Shown: positions 1-14,508 of the stretch, in pieces
Position numbering within the stretch: the first letter of the stretch is position 1
Layout: the number at the start of each line of letters is the position of its first letter
DNA from: Ascidiella aspersa
Taxonomy: Eukaryota
Direction of reading: 5' to 3'
Assembly: GCA_963924565.1 (NCBI GenBank)
Contig: OZ004611.1
Span: 25,110,001 to 25,174,000 of the forward strand
Length of the DNA stretch: 64,000 nucleotides
Made by a program: the position numbers and the translations under genes
The notes under the pieces: generated by a model
What the model saw: only the letters and a program-made list of their open reading frames with translations
The model's database searches: none
Told to the model about the DNA's origin: nothing

Positions 1-1545
1 ATCCCACCTCATTTTAGTTGTATTTTTTTAAATGTTAGTTAAGGGAAAAGCAAATAAGTCATATTGGTTTGGAAAGTAATTTTTAGTCTGCTGTTTATAA
101 GCAGCTGGGCTACAGTTTGTATTATTAGGATGTCTGTTATTGTATTCGATTTTGTCGGCTTCCTGTGCAATATTCATCCCATATATATCCCAGACGACAG
201 TAGCGTACGTAAGTGGGTGGTAACCAGTGTAAGCCTGCCAAATCCATAACAGCCAAAATATTTTAAAAATAATATTTTTAAGTAAAACTCTTTTAACTCT
301 CGTTAACCGAACTATTTCGCTATGTCATGCATTCCACTATGTCATGCATGTTCAATGTTCATGGCTAAATAAAAGAGAAACATGTAAATCAATTATCTTA
401 CATTGATAAACCGTGACATATCTAATAACTAGGTTACTAGGACTAGTATTTTTTGATCTAAAAAAGAAATATTTCGACTTTTTTCATAAACTTGGCCGAA
501 AAATACTGTTTTACAAACTTTCGATCTTTTAGGAATGTATTGATTTAAACAACGGGTTGTTGTATGACGATGTATGTGTACTGTGTTAGTGTCTTACTGT
601 CATCAGTAATTTGATTTTATTGACTTTGACTTGAAATAGTTTGAAAAATACCCCTTCTAATAGCACACGGCGTTTTTAGAATGCAATTAGTAACTTAACT
701 GTTATAAATAGGACAATTAAAAGTTTGGCAAAGAAGTTAAATCTTTCGTCAAGATTTTAGCGGTAGGTCAAATTTTTTATTTTGACTTTTTGCAGTATTT
801 AACTGCCCTAGTTATAACTCTTAAGTTACTATTTGCATTCTTAAAGTGCCGTGTGCTATTAGCAGTGATACCATTTGCTGAGGCCAAAAAAATATTTAGC
901 CGGATTTTGTAATACCGTAGCAGTTTACAAATACTAGCGCATCTTATATTGACGAAGTAGCACCGCAAATCTTTTAATGCAAGGTTTTAGTTGACTCCTC
1001 TTGCAATTTTTTTCGGTTTAGAATTCGGAAAATGCCACAGTTTTAAATCATACCTTTTAAAGGGCTCGTTATGCTTAGCATCAAGGTAAGTTTTTGCTTC
1101 AGCGAAAACAATGTTCATTTTTAAATTTGATTTGCGATTAGCAAGTATATTTTTCTAATCGTCACAAAAAAAACTTGCTTACGTTTACTCTCTATATGAG
1201 CGGTAGGCAACCTACGGCCCGTTGGCCGGATCTGGGCCGCCAGTGTAAATTATCCGGCCCGCCGTTTTAAACTGGGCAAGAGGCGATTCCACATAATTTT
1301 TTCTATTTTCGCGCGTATCTTATTTACATATATATTATATGCTTAAGTATTGCGGGAATCTTTTCAGCCTTAGCAGTCGTACATAACCTTGAATTATTAT
1401 CAACAAAGAAAGATTCGCCAACTTAGTATAACATAACTGAATGCATCTTATTGTGTTTTGGAGTAGTTCATCTCGTCTTTTAAATACAAACATTATATCG
1501 AGAGTTTAACTGTAGTTTACGGCGTAATTTAACCTAGTTACTAGA

Positions 1546-2107
1546 CAGGGGTTCTTAAACTGTGGTCCAACTAGTTTTAGGGGGTCCTGGCTATATTAAG
1601 ACTCCATGTCACAATTCCATTTTTGAAGCGAAATCAACAGATTTATGAAGTCTAAAAAAAATTAATAAAAAAAAAATTATTCAATCGGTTATATGCAACT
1701 CAAAGCTTATTTAACTGTAATGATTGGTATTGTAAAGCGTCTATCAGTATTAGGTCCATAATCTAAGTCTATTGTTTCATCACAGTTACATCCATAAATA
1801 TACACCAATGCAGGTATTTTTACATGGTATTTTTTTACAGGTATAACATTAATACCTACGTCATACGTTCAAACAAACTCAACTTTCAGATAATTAACGC
1901 ATCCAATTTTTGCAAAAAGTCTTGACTTTTGGCGCAGTAGTGTCTTATTGCAGCTTTACTGTTTTTAATTTTGACGATTATTTTCCTGTAGGTATGATTT
2001 CATGTCACCAGGCTAGATCGAAGTAATAAATAAAAAGGCAATATTTTTTATGAAGAGGAATAGTGAGCTTGTAAGGGAGGAATATGAAAAAACCTTGAGA
2101 ACCACTG
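1546..2107 (+). mobile_element. Degraded hAT (Charlie-like) element
   Basis: CAGGGGTTCTTAAAC...TTGAGAACCACTG termini; TSD not retained. Orphan hAT-type ends also at ~1198, 5846, 8978, 13774, 14723, 49200 and 52067. Confidence 0.5.
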
Positions 2108-5100
2108 TTCTGAATAATTCGGCGAATCGTTGATTTTAGGCGACAGTGGACAGGTGCTTAAAAAGTGGTTAATGCCACAAATACTGAACCTACAACAGAG
2201 GGTGAAGACTTGTACAATATTTCTCACAAAATCAGAGTCATAGTTGATAAGGTAGGCCTACCATATGTCCTCTTTCAGGAGGATTTGTCCTTCTATCTCA
2301 AGAAAACTGAATGGTCCTCCGAGGATGTCAAAAATGTCCTATTTTTTCGCATATCAAGTCATATTGCTTAAACATTTAACAAGGCTTTTAAGCGAGACGT
2401 TGTATTCATTTCAAAAAAACACTGTAGCCATGAAACATGCTGAATTTCTGGTTTAAAACAGGTTTTCCAACAAATTTTTCTAGCAGCCTTACCTTCTTGA
2501 TTGTTATTGCAAACATTGCGCCCCGAAATTGGCAACAGAACCTCCCATTTAAAATTGTGTAGGCCTAGCCTACTATATCAGTGTTAATTACTGTATGGTA
2601 GGCTATGTTCTTATTTCTTACAAAAGCTTGTCTAGTTAGTCTATAGCAGCGGTTCTTAACCGGGGGTATAGTTCTTAATGGTCTATAGCAGCGGTTCCTA
2701 ATTTGTGCAATGTTTCTAATGGTTTCGTTTTTGTTGTACACAACTCCTACAGCGCTGTACAAACTCTGTTTTTGCCAACTTTAACATTAAAACGCCCAAA
2801 AAAGTCCACCCGAATCTTTTGTTCACCCGAATCTTCTGTTTTCTACTTTTGTTAACTTTTTTAGTACCAGTACAAAGTCTCTTCGAGTGCCATTGTATGA
2901 TTTTATATCATCGAAGGTATAACACCCCTATTTAATTATAATTTTGCTTGCTAAACACTGTCGTTGATTTCGGATTTCCAGTTTCAAGTATAATATTCAA
3001 GAAATATCTTGGTTGTGCTGAGCGCCGGTGAAATTGTAGCAGACAGTTATAGCGTCACATTCTTGAAATAGCGTAATACAAACGCGTCCTTCTCAAAGGC
3101 TCTGTTTAGAAGCAATAAAATGAATCTCCTTATTGCTGTATATAGAAAGTAGCCAACGTCGGCGGCCATTCCACACCCGAATTTATTTCAAAATTACCTT
3201 TGCTGTTACTATAATCCAGGCATTCTTTTTAACTCTTTTGATATTATGCTGGAAAATGGACCTAGACTAGCTCTGGCAAGGGTTGGCCCCTCTTCAACAA
3301 CGACATTTTTTTCGCTGTCTGAACAACGAATATTTTATTATTGAATGTATTCCACAAAGTTTCTTAGTCACTTCGTAAATGCCATGGCCTACTAACAATG
3401 TTTACTTACGTTAAGTTTACGACGTATTTCTGTCATGGAAAATTTGTATCTTACGGCAAACTCCAAAACGGTTAGTACTAATTTTGCAAGTACCAAACAG
3501 TTAGTAGAGAGTCCTCGTACTTAAAAGTTTCCGTAATCGGCCCCCAGAATTGCTTAAAACGGGCAAAAACTGCAAAAACAAAAAGCGGATTTTTGCATTT
3601 CCTTAGTAAAAGTTGACATCAGATATAATCTCGGGAATCATGGCCTGGTATTCTTCTCCCTGAATCCAAATCTTAAAAATAAGCACGGAAGGCTAATCCT
3701 GGCTAATAATAAGTTACCAAAGTGCAATATTGCAGCTAGCCTACCATAGAGCGCCAACTAAACCCAAAAGAGGGTAATAAAGAAAACTGAAAGCGGTAGA
3801 AGATCGTCCAGCAGGACAACGAAAATAAGGGAATAGAAACCTCTATTCAAAAGGCACAGGGTCTACAGTTATATAACTATATGTATGTGCGCGCATTGAG
3901 TGCTCTAGGATTTCTGACAATAATGCTAGAAACCTGAAGTGGCCAAGTTCAGTAAAGCTCAATGGTACTACAGTTTCCTGTCAAACCGGCTTGCTGTGCA
4001 TTTAAGGCTGGTAAAACGCTCAGAGTGGTACAAAGGATAGGTTTGTAAACATCTGAGTTTTTTAACTCATGCTTGTATGAAACGGAGAGATTTCAATAAA
4101 GGGATATCGACGTTGGACATACATATAAAGCAAAATCGTCTTTATATACCATAAAAGATAACATGGTAACTTCGCAAATGTATGTCCGGTGTGAATGCAT
4201 TTCCAAATACGAAGTTCGTTTTGGTTAAATCACGTGGGGGTTCCGCATCATCGGCGTTTATTTTGTCGTTGTTGAACATGTCGTAATTTACCGAGGACAA
4301 ACAATATAAATAGTGATTCGAGAAACAAGGCGTTACATAAGACAAAATAAATATGGTTTACAGCGGTCAAAATCATAATAAAATACTCAACGGAAACAGA
4401 TGTTATGAGCAATCTACAAATAGAACAAGTTTTCCAAAGATATCTCTTAATATTTTCTTTAAAATGTTTTAATTTTGTGTGTTGTGTTTAGCAATCTTCT
4501 ATAGTTTACTTTCCAGATTTATCTATAAAAGTTTGTACATGACTATACGACAGTGTCATTATTTAATTTGTGATACGTCCGTACACAAGTTTATTATCCT
4601 GCCTAAGCCCCAACAACTTAAGAGTTTCTCGGACAAACCAGCAAACATCCTAAAAATGTTTCGTCAGTTGGTTAGATGCAGGCAACTTGTATAGTTTACT
4701 GTGTAACAGGTAATTCTAAAGCCTAAAGCAAATTTACTTGTGCTCAAAACATGTTTATATTTCAGGCAAGGTACGTTGTTATAACAGTGGAATAACAACA
4801 TAGGAACACAGTTCTTAGGATAATGTTAAAGCGTGGTGGTATTTTTATTCTGATTTAAATGTATATTACACCATACTGAGTTTGCTACACAGCAAATAGT
4901 TGTACCGTTTAACTACGTCAACAAATACCCTCATAAGTTGATTTAAACGAAACGTGTATTTGACTTTACCAATTCGGTTTTTAACAAAATGCTACGGAAG
5001 AAAGTGTTAGGTTTTATGTTGGCAGTAAGATATAATATCTCTCTTTTAGAGCTTATTTTTCACCTTGAAATGAACGCTGCAAAATATTTGGATTTGTAGA

Positions 5101-5119
5101 TTTTCTAGAAAGCACAAAC

Positions 5120-5559
5120 CAGTTGTGTACACAAGTCATTTAGAAATGACTAAAGTTCCTGCAAGTCATTTAAAAATAACTTAGGTCCAAGTCAAGTCAT
5201 TGTCATAGCAAGTCAATTTTAAGTCATTTTATTGACTTAAAAGTGCACTGTTAAACTATTAAAATTGGTAAACTTATAAGCAACAATTCAACTGTAACAT
5301 GAAACAACGACACATACGCAATATACAGCAATAAAAGTGTTTAATGTGCAAAACTTGATATAAATTAAAAAAAAAACGCTTAATTTAATCGTTATTTGAT
5401 GAAATGACTCAAGTCCAAGTCAAGTCATTTGTCCGAAAGACTTAAGTCAAGTCAAGTCAAGTCATTTTGATCAAAAGACTTAAGACAAGTCAGGACATTT
5501 GAAAATAGTGACTGAAGTGCACTTAGGTCAATTCAATGACTGAAGGCATTACAACCCTG
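5120..5559 (+). mobile_element. AAGTC-array hAT MITE, diverged copy
   Basis: Collinear with 19024-19379 (shared ATTAAAATTGGTAAAC and AATGTGCAAAA, AAGTC arrays); ends TTACAACCCTG. Confidence 0.8.
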
Positions 5560-8500
5560 CCAAAAACTTGCCAGTAGCCTGTAGTTCTTTACCAAAAGGA
5601 AGAGGTAATTTGGCAGTTTTACGAGGGGATTTTTGCAATGTTATTTGACCTATGATAAATAAAAACGAAAATAGCACATGGTATTTCCAGCAAATAGTTT
5701 AATTGTGTTTCTTATTACGATGCAATTACACAGTCTTTCTGGAATTTGTATTCAATATTTGATAACAGATTAAACATTTGCACTTATAGTGGAAATAGGG
5801 AAGTGGAATACCATAAAGTTCTTCTTAAGTGTAACGTCGCTGAAAGGGTTAAGAACCACTGCACTGGTAAACAGTTCGCAGTTTACCCAAAACTAAACCC
5901 AACAGCGAATAAAAGATAACCTTTGGCCTTGAAGTGGCCTAGCAGTTCGTTAATGTCACATGCGTCGAGTCACAATCAAATTGCAGTTTTCAGCGACGTG
6001 GTGTCACAGTCTGATGCCCAACGAATAAAGGATATCATGTTTCCCCAAGTCGAGCGTAGATTTTACGCCCGCCGCTCTTTCCTCTCACCCCCCACTCTTT
6101 TCTACGCTCCTCTCCCGCCTTGTTTCTTATATTCAAACGCGCAGTCTGGGCTCCTCGCCGCCGAGTATTTGGTTTAAAGGTTGCACCAACCGCCAGCGCG
6201 CAAAGAGAGGGTAAAACGATTTTTTTTAACTGTAACTGCTCCTACAGTTGGAGCCCCGCTTCGGTTTGAAAAGCCGACAGTCAATCAATACAATTGACTA
6301 ATTGTGACGAAACTTTGCCATTGACTTTTTAGCTCATACCTATAGTTTGAAAGTAAACAATGTGCGGTGGAGCATGGATAATTCCGTTATTGGGTACGGT
6401 ATTTGAAATGCCTCTATCACATCTCTTAACAAATCACAAGACAAGTCATTTATGTAGTTAGAAATAAGAAATCCATATTATTAGATATTTCGGATCCACA
6501 TTGTGAATTAATAGGTCATTGATAATCTCCAAAGTACACGTTAAACCTGAGTTGAGGTACATAATACGGTTTTATGAAAAAATCTTGGTAATTCAAGAAC
6601 TAGGGTGATCGTATTTTTAGCTGAGACCTGTAGTTTTCATTTTGATCATCACGGGTATATACCAACGGATTAAATGTATTACGTTTAATGATTGACCAAA
6701 ACAAAAGCACTTGTTTCTCTGCGTTTCATAGCGTCCAGCTATATATTGATATCCCGTCGGTAATAGACCGCAATAAAATTTACATTTACATTAGATATCA
6801 GTCAGCATTTGCACTGCTATATGAGTTTAGTGGTATACAATAAATAATAGACGCGTGACTAAGGGCTATGAGCCAAAACGGATGCAAGTTTTAGGTATAT
6901 TACCTAGCATAAATTAGGTTTACAATCTATGTAGGTGAAACTAGTGAAACTTTCCCAGTGGAAAGAACCACCAGTCACGGCAATCAACAACCAAGGCTGT
7001 CACTACAAGAAAATATGATATATTTAGCAACAAAAAAGTACATTAGTCGTATTATAGATATTCGGTACAAATCTAATTATATTTCTTCAACTTATAAATA
7101 CAGAACAGAAAATCAGGACTTCTGTGTTGACAGCTGCCTGAAATCGCCCACGTGAAACTGCAGCTGAATAAAGTAAACGATGATTATATAATGTGGACAC
7201 TGAAGCGGTGCTATAAATGGTATTCTGTTTTGAAAGCGGTTCTAAACAATATTACACAGCCATCTATAGAGCATTAGCATTTCACGGAATTCAGTTTATG
7301 AGAACTTATCGTGGATACAATAAATATTAAAGTTCACACATAAACCAGGCTAGAGTTATGTAACGCTAAATTGTTACATACCAAATGCAGTGAACCTTTG
7401 CAGTATGCATTTCCAGTGCCCACGCTACCATAACGCCTAAAAGTAGCGTGCTGTAATAGAATAAAGCACGTAAAAAAGCCGAAAAGTATGTACACAAGTT
7501 CATTTCGTTTGTGATTTCTCTTGTAGGTTGGGCTACTGGCCTATAGTGTTTTTAAGAGATTTTGGAAATTAAAACAGTACAAAAGCCTAAGAAAAACCCA
7601 ATTTTAAATAACTAACAAAACTACGTAACGCATACAAATGTAATTATCTATATCTTAGTAAAAGCTTATATCTAAACCTAAGTAGATTTAGGATTTCATT
7701 AAGGAGTTGGGCTTGGTTTAGGATAAATGGCTTCTCAGATTAAAGGACAAGTGGTCTGCACGGCCGGACCTAGGATTTTGTTTTAGGGTGCCATGAAACT
7801 TTTAACAAAGTTACGTCAAACGTGGCTCTATAATACATTTTTTTTAAAAACACTTTGTTCTAAATAGTGCGCAAAATGCAGCTGAATTTATTGAAAAACT
7901 GCGTATAATTTGTTAAAATTGACGAAAAAGCAATTTAAAAGGGTTCGTAAGGCATTAGGAACTTGAAACAAAATAAAACACTTTTGGTCGAAATAGCAGG
8001 ATTTAGTTTACAGTTTATTTTAACCAAAAACTGCGCTATATAGAATTTATGATTTCACGGTGTAACATGTATGTACGGTACGCATGGCGTCTTATAGGTC
8101 TGAATACATTTCCACAACACAGACAAAACATACGTAAAACATATTGAAGTTTGTGCATACCGCCAAAAAAATGCATTTACTTAGAAACAGTTGAAAAAAT
8201 AAAACATATAGTTGGTTCCCCTCTCCTGGTTCACCCCCGTTGGTCTGAAGCCGTAGCATAATGGTCTACCCTTTTTGACCTAATTAGGCCGATTAGGGTT
8301 TACGACGATTCTTATTAATATTTCATAATTAGCAATAACAATCAGTATCGATCATCACAGATATTGGTTACTAGGCGAACTGCCACAAGATGTACTTATG
8401 AATTTTTCACTGCCTATAATAACAGCTTAAAAGGGGTCTAATGATTTCATTAAAATCCCTAATCATCAATTAGTTAGCTTACTTTAACCAAATTGGCTCT

Positions 8501-8839
8501 GGCGTTAGATTTTATCCATTTTCTGTTGTGAAAAAAAATGTCAGTCTAAGAGAAATATGATCTTGTGATGCAAAACTGCATACACGAAACCGTAAAATTG
8601 TATAGTTTTATTGGTCAAAAGAGCAATTTAAATGTAACACTAATAGAGTTAGTTCTGTAGTTTTGTCAACACTTAACTGTACTAATAACTTAGGTAAACG
8701 ATAAAATGATAGTTAACCTATAATTACAGATTTTGAAAGAACTGAATGTATTGTTCAGCTTGGGATAGAAAAGTGTTAGTTATAAGCTTCCAAAAAATAA
8801 TATCTCATGTCCGTAAAATTACCCAACCTTATCTAGCCG

Positions 8840-10010
8840 TTGACCTTCTGGACAACTATCCCAATAATTAATATGATCACTGAAAAACGAGTGACCTCTA
8901 ATCTTTGGGAAGGCTACTACCACCTATGCCTGAACCGGCCTTTCACAACCGTTGCCCGCGGCCCACTGTGGGCAAAAAGGTTGAGAACCAGTGATCTAGA
9001 ATCTAGATAACTATATTTGGACAAACTTTTTGGACAACTGTGTTATCATTTGCAATCTTGACAACAACAGCTTGATTTATCATTTGGACGACATGCACCA
9101 ATGTGTCGTACGGATAACTATCCACAAGAAAGTAGCCTATAAAAACCTTATTAGAAAATTTCCTACGAAATCGCAAAAAACTTCCATAAGACTTTAAAGA
9201 ACATATATTTTAAACAAACGCCTCCTACAGTTGAGTGAATTACTCCAAAAGCAAATTACCTTAACATTTTGCAAACTACCTCGTCTAGGGGTTTACCATC
9301 GCCAAATACCTGCTGTGCAAATACATTAATTAAAAATTAAACAGTATCTGGACAACTACTTTCATCAGATAGCCTGTAGACAACTGCCCCTTCAAAACCC
9401 ACCGAGAGAGCTACCCAAAACAACTTCCACCCCATCTGGACAACCGCTTCGCCGATTTATAAGTGGACAGCAACCCCGACTGATTAACCACGGAAAAGGC
9501 ACCCCACCTAATTATCCCTTATAAATCCACACACAAACACAACCTCTCACCAAATACCAATTTACCAAAAGTCTAACCAGCTATATTCTAGTTAATTACC
9601 CCCACAAATGACCCTCTTGGAATAAAAAAGCATAAATACGGTACCTCGATGACATCTACGGCAACTACCGATCGGAAAATCATCACTTAGGCAGCTACTC
9701 AACCATGTTGGCCAATACGCCTATAAAGCCCCATTTAATTAGGCTACCATAATGAAAATTTAGAAAACAAAACATGTCTCAGGTATTACTTTATGGACAA
9801 TTCCACCCATCAACTACAAATATCTGACCAACAACTATAGTTTCAATTGTCATCTGAATCGTAGCCAACCCAATACTCCTTACAACCATTCCACCTAATT
9901 ACCAACTAACAAACCAAACGTGCCCAATCATTGGACCATAAACCCAACAAGCATATGTACTGGACAATTACAGCTTGGCAATAATCCAAAACAAACGAAT
10001 CCATTTACAA
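8840..10010 (+). repeat. Old, G-poor degenerate repeat array built on TGGACAACTAYCC
   Basis: Motif recurs at ~8848, 9017, 9031, 9111, 9348, 9377, 9436, 9464, 9793 and 9960, all on one strand; strong A/C skew. Confidence 0.6.
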
Positions 10011-10207
10011 CCAAAAACACTTTCCTGCAAATAGCATATATACTATATAGGCTACATATCGCAACAAATGTTTGAAAGTTTCATTAATGCGCTTCAGTAA
10101 ATACTTACCTAGTGTCAACAAAAACATTTTTGATTTAAGTCCGTCCAAACCGACAACAATAGTCCTGATTAATTATAAAGATTGTTTTGCGACGACAAAG
10201 CTATGTA

Positions 10208-10284
10208 AGTTGAGTGTGCAGAGCATGAACATTTCGCAAATCCTAATAGTTGAGTGTGCAGAGCATGAACATTTTCGCAAATCC
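10208..10284. repeat. 40-bp direct tandem duplication
   Basis: AGTTGAGTGTGCAGAGCATGAACATTT(T)CGCAAATCC twice. A similar 24-bp duplication (CAGGCGTCGTATGAGCGTTT) lies at 51178-51221. Confidence 0.85.
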
Positions 10285-11031
10285 GTATAGCAGACAAACA
10301 TATCGTGCCTTGCATAAGCTTTTTTGAAGGTTGCTTAAACAGAAAATTTCAAGCATTCAAAACCATTTTTATGGCAAAAGTAAATGGCATGCCATTAGGG
10401 ATTAGTTTCGTTAACAGATGTTTTTTTGATTGTAGCCTATTTAAGAAAGTGGATGATCCTATTTAAAGATACACAGCTTATGCAAATGAAGTTCGACCAT
10501 TCGTTAATCCTACACATTCCCATAAGCCAGATATATATTTCTTACATAGGCCCTTGTAGCAAATCTATTACTATCTGTAACTTGTAATACATTGTTCATT
10601 AAATAAATTCAACTTTTTATCGGTCGTTTAGGCATGACTTTTCAGATAGTCAGTTTTGTTCGTTTTAAATAAACTGTTTACGTTTGCTTAGTAGGCTGCG
10701 GTGTTTGACCTTTGAAATGTCGCATAATATTTTAGCCCCAAATCTTGAAAAAGCCTGTTGTAATTTTACCGTGCATATTATTAATATTAAATACACAAAT
10801 GCAACATCAGGCGTTCTAATATAATAATGCCCAAGTGAGATTACTCTGCACTTAAACACCAGTCATTAAATTGCTGACTGCTATGCTGCCTTTAAAATAT
10901 TGATCTAGCCTAAAACAATATTTTTTATTCGAGCGCAGTGCAACACAAACCAGAAACTAAAAGACAACATCTCACGTTGTACATATTATGTTTGATGAAT
11001 CAATTCTACTACTCATTGCATTCAGTGTGGT

Positions 11032-11453
11032 CAGTGTTGTAAACAAGTCATTTTGAAATGAATTAAGTCCCAGTCAAGTCATTTTAAAAATTAATTAAGT
11101 CCAAGTCCAAGTCATCGGTTGCCCAAGTCAAGTCCCAGTCAAGTCATTATGAGAGCATGTCGATTTTAAATCATGTCAAGGACATAAAAGTAAACTGTTA
11201 CTATTAAACTATTAAAATTGGTAAACATGTCCGATTAATTATAAGCAACAATTTAACTATCGAAATAAGACAAACGAAATATACAGAACTAAAAGTATTT
11301 AATGTGCAAAACTTGAGATAAATTTTAATGAAAAAACACTTAATTTAATCCCAAGTTATTTTGGTCAAACGACTTAAGTCAAGTCAAGTCATTTGAAAAC
11401 AGGGACTTAAGTGCACTTAAATCAAGTCAATGACTTAATTCATTTCAACACTA
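11032..11453 (+). mobile_element. AAGTC-array hAT MITE copy
   Basis: Starts CAGTGTTGTAAACAAGTC, ends TTTCAACACTA; internal sequence collinear with the other copies. Confidence 0.82.
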
Positions 11454-12720
11454 AGAGTTGTACACAAACCATTAATTTATGACCCCAAATTCAAGTCATC
11501 AATTGCCTCCAATTCAAGTCATCAAAAGTATCTTTACAAGTCATTGTAAGTGAAGTCCAAGTCAAATTATGGACATCAACATTAACGTTAAACTATTCAA
11601 ATCGGTAGGCTAAACTTGTGGGATCCCTAAGATTTTGATTAGTAAAGGGCCGAAACGAACAAATTGCGCAACGTGCAAAACTGATAAACAGTAACCGATT
11701 GAAGCTAAAACATTTTTGTAATAAAAATACTTGAAGTCTTGTCATTTGTCTCGGGGACTTAAGTAAACTTAAAGTCAGTAGTATTGTTCTAATGACTTGA
11801 CTTGACTTTAGTAATAAATTACTTAGATTACAAGTGGGTGTTTTATACAATTGCGGTAAAAAGTGTTTTTTTTGTTTTAGTGGTTGCTACATGAAATAAC
11901 GCTAGAGATAAAATGATGAAATTTTTTCAATTTTTAAACATTTAATTTTGATTCTAATGACTTGACTAAGAACTGATTTCATCAATGACTCTTGGTCTGG
12001 GACTTGACTTGATTTAATTACACTATGACTTCGATATTTCTAGAGAACGATTTTACTAGAACATGCGTTATTTAGCAATTGACTTGAAATGACTTTCAAA
12101 ATGACTTGTTTAAACTAATGGTTATAAGTCAAAAGATTTAGTTAGTTCAAACAACTTAGTACAAGTCACTTTATTTTCAAACAGTACAACACTGACTTGA
12201 TTTACGATCTATGGTAATAATATAGAGAATTATAAATTTAAACAAATAAAACTTACCGCATAAAATAACATACGAGGTTACATGTTGCTCTTTAGGGTAA
12301 AGTGTATCTTTTCAATACACGTTTTATCAAAGTGTTTGTTTGTTTGAGTTGCTAAATAAATATATCAGTTAAAACATTGAGCTCTTTTGACTAAAGTGTT
12401 GACTTTTTATGTGATTTTTACCAATTTTTCAAAGTCAAACGCCAATAACTAACTTAAATTAACTTTTTGACTAACGTTTATACATTTCGGCAAAATTGGG
12501 GTAGTCACTTAAATTCTACAAATAAAATAGTTTGGTTTCTATATTATGTTTACATTGGTAGCAATGTGATAGAAGAGTCAGAGTGGAATAATTTAATAAG
12601 TTTTAATAGTTTAACACATTTATTTTAAAACAAACAACCTGACTTGGACTTGACTTGCTATTGAAAAATTTGGACCGGAATATGTTATTTGTTAAAAATT
12701 AATTGAGTATGACTTCATTT
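11454..12720. mobile_element. Cluster of degraded, inverted AAGTC-family arms (foldback-like 11454-12120 plus fragments)
   Basis: AAGTCA-oriented arrays at 11490-11570 face TGACTT-oriented arrays at 11750-12110; TACAACACTG end at ~12185; minus-oriented fragment at 12590-12720. Confidence 0.55.
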
Positions 12721-12848
12721 GAAAGGCAATAATAAGTAATTTTAAAGGCAATAATATCAGTAAAAGATACACACACGTATGTGTTAAATAACTGTGATCA
12801 AGCCGTTTTGAAACCGCCTTTTGACCAACGCTAACGGCTTACGTAGCA

Positions 12849-12910
12849 TAGTACACCGAAACTCATCAAAGTTTAACCAAATCTGTCGATCAGTGATACA
12901 AGCAAGGCAG
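12849..12910 (-). mobile_element. 3' tail fragment of the tRNA-derived element
   Basis: Reverse complement CTGCCTTGCTTGTATCACTGATCGACAGATTTGGTTA...TCGGTGTACTA matches the 15740-15800 region. Confidence 0.6.
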
Positions 12911-12958
12911 ACCAGAAGCAATTATATCAGAGTACAAGATCACACCTAAGCTTTAAAG

Positions 12959-13217
12959 CAGTATGGTTTTCAACTTTTTTAGCTAAGGCACACTAAAAAA
13001 ATCCTAAATATTTCGCGGCACTCTTTTAACAGAACAACAATAGAGTAATTTAAAAATTTTATATTGGATAGTGCGTATTTAAGTCTAAAATTCTTGCGTG
13101 TATACCTATTGTTAATACAAATAGTCTATATTCTCAAATTACAAAAAGTTTTGCGTTACACTTGACAATCTCTTGAGGCACACTAGTGTGCCGCGACACT
13201 CAGTTTGGGGATCACTG
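12959..13217 (+). mobile_element. hAT (Buster/Charlie-like) MITE, 259 bp
   Basis: CAGTATGGTTTTCAAC...GTTTGGGGATCACTG, GGCACAC/GTGTGCC subterminal motifs, TSD CTTTAAAG/ATTTAAAG. Confidence 0.78.
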
Positions 13218-14092
13218 ATTTAAAGCAAATGATCGGTTTGTGCATTATATAACCATGGCCGCGGCCGCACACACTGCACGTTTTAGTCGTGTTCAACGGC
13301 CTGCAGCAATGTGTCACGCCTAGTTGGTGAACCACGCGGCGCTCTATTTGTCAGACAAGGCCAAAACGTCAGCGGCTGTTCAATGTTTCCGGGAGCGGTT
13401 TTAGTAAAGAGAAAGCGACAGGATTTCTGCTTTTGCAATTTAGCATACGACTTGGCTCTATTCGTTACTGCGCTTGTGTGCTTTTTTTCAGCTGAACTCA
13501 TCCGAATTTGCACAACTGCCTAAACAGTTAAGGAAAAACTGCTTCTTTGTTTTGTTTACTTAGGCAAAAAAAAGTTAAAAAAATGTTTCCCATACTGGAG
13601 ATATGTGTACATAAAACTGTAGTGTGTTATAAACATTTAATTTGAAACCTCTGTTTGAATACGGTATAAAACTGATTTTTAAGTATGTTTAAAAAAAATA
13701 ATATAACATAAACGTTTTAGTTGTTTGAAACCTAAAGCCCGTAACACATAATTGATTTACTTACCGCCCATATCAGTGGTTCTTAATATTTGATGAGTGT
13801 TGGCCCCTTTGTATGTCAATAATTTGTAAACATTTACGTTCCTTAAACGAATGGGTTGGCTTAGGATAGGAAGGAATGCACTCTAGTTCGTGTTTCCTTC
13901 TAAATATACAATACAGTCTTCAAGAAAAAAACCTTTAGAAATACAGTCCACAAAAAAAAAAACGTGTACGGCAGTGGTAGCCAAATTGTAGGGGTAAAAT
14001 TAACGAATATTTTTTAACGCTTTAAAAAGCAGTATCGCCATTCTTTAATTATACACAACCAATTACGTTACGAAAATGGTACGCCGTGGCTA

Positions 14093-14508
14093 TAGGGATG
14101 TGCGATACTGATATTTACCGATACCCGATATTTTGAACAAAAAATATCACGATCCAATTTGATACTAAATGACGTCAATACTATGCAAAAACATGCAAAA
14201 ATATACATTTGAAGCGTACAAAGTTATTTTTTCCAGGCTGTAGGGCTAAAATTGTTCCTGGCGTTGAAATGTTTATTTACCTTTAGCTGCTAACCTACTA
14301 CTTTGTAATAAAATTACCTTTTAATGTAGGATAGCTGCAGTTGATCGTAAACCATGGCTAAAATTTCTAAATTAATTTTGTATCCGCTCGGTACCGATAC
14401 TTCCCTAGTATCGGACGAGTACCGATACTTCCCTAGTATCGGACGAGTACCGTTACTGCCACTTGGCATCGGGTGTTGACTCCGGTCAGATATTACTGGA
14501 CATCCCTA
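14093..14508 (+). mobile_element. hAT (Ac-like TAGGGATG termini) MITE with internal 28-bp tandem repeat
   Basis: TAGGGATG...CATCCCTA termini, CCGATA/TATCGG subterminal motifs, GTACCGATACTTCCCTAGTATCGGACGA x2 at 14391-14446. No TSD retained. Confidence 0.7.

Noticed and set aside
2165-2456. Faint piggyBac-like peptide (HKIRVIVDK..VLFQEDLSF)
   Set aside because: Too short, no catalytic motif, and no TTAA-flanked TIRs identified.
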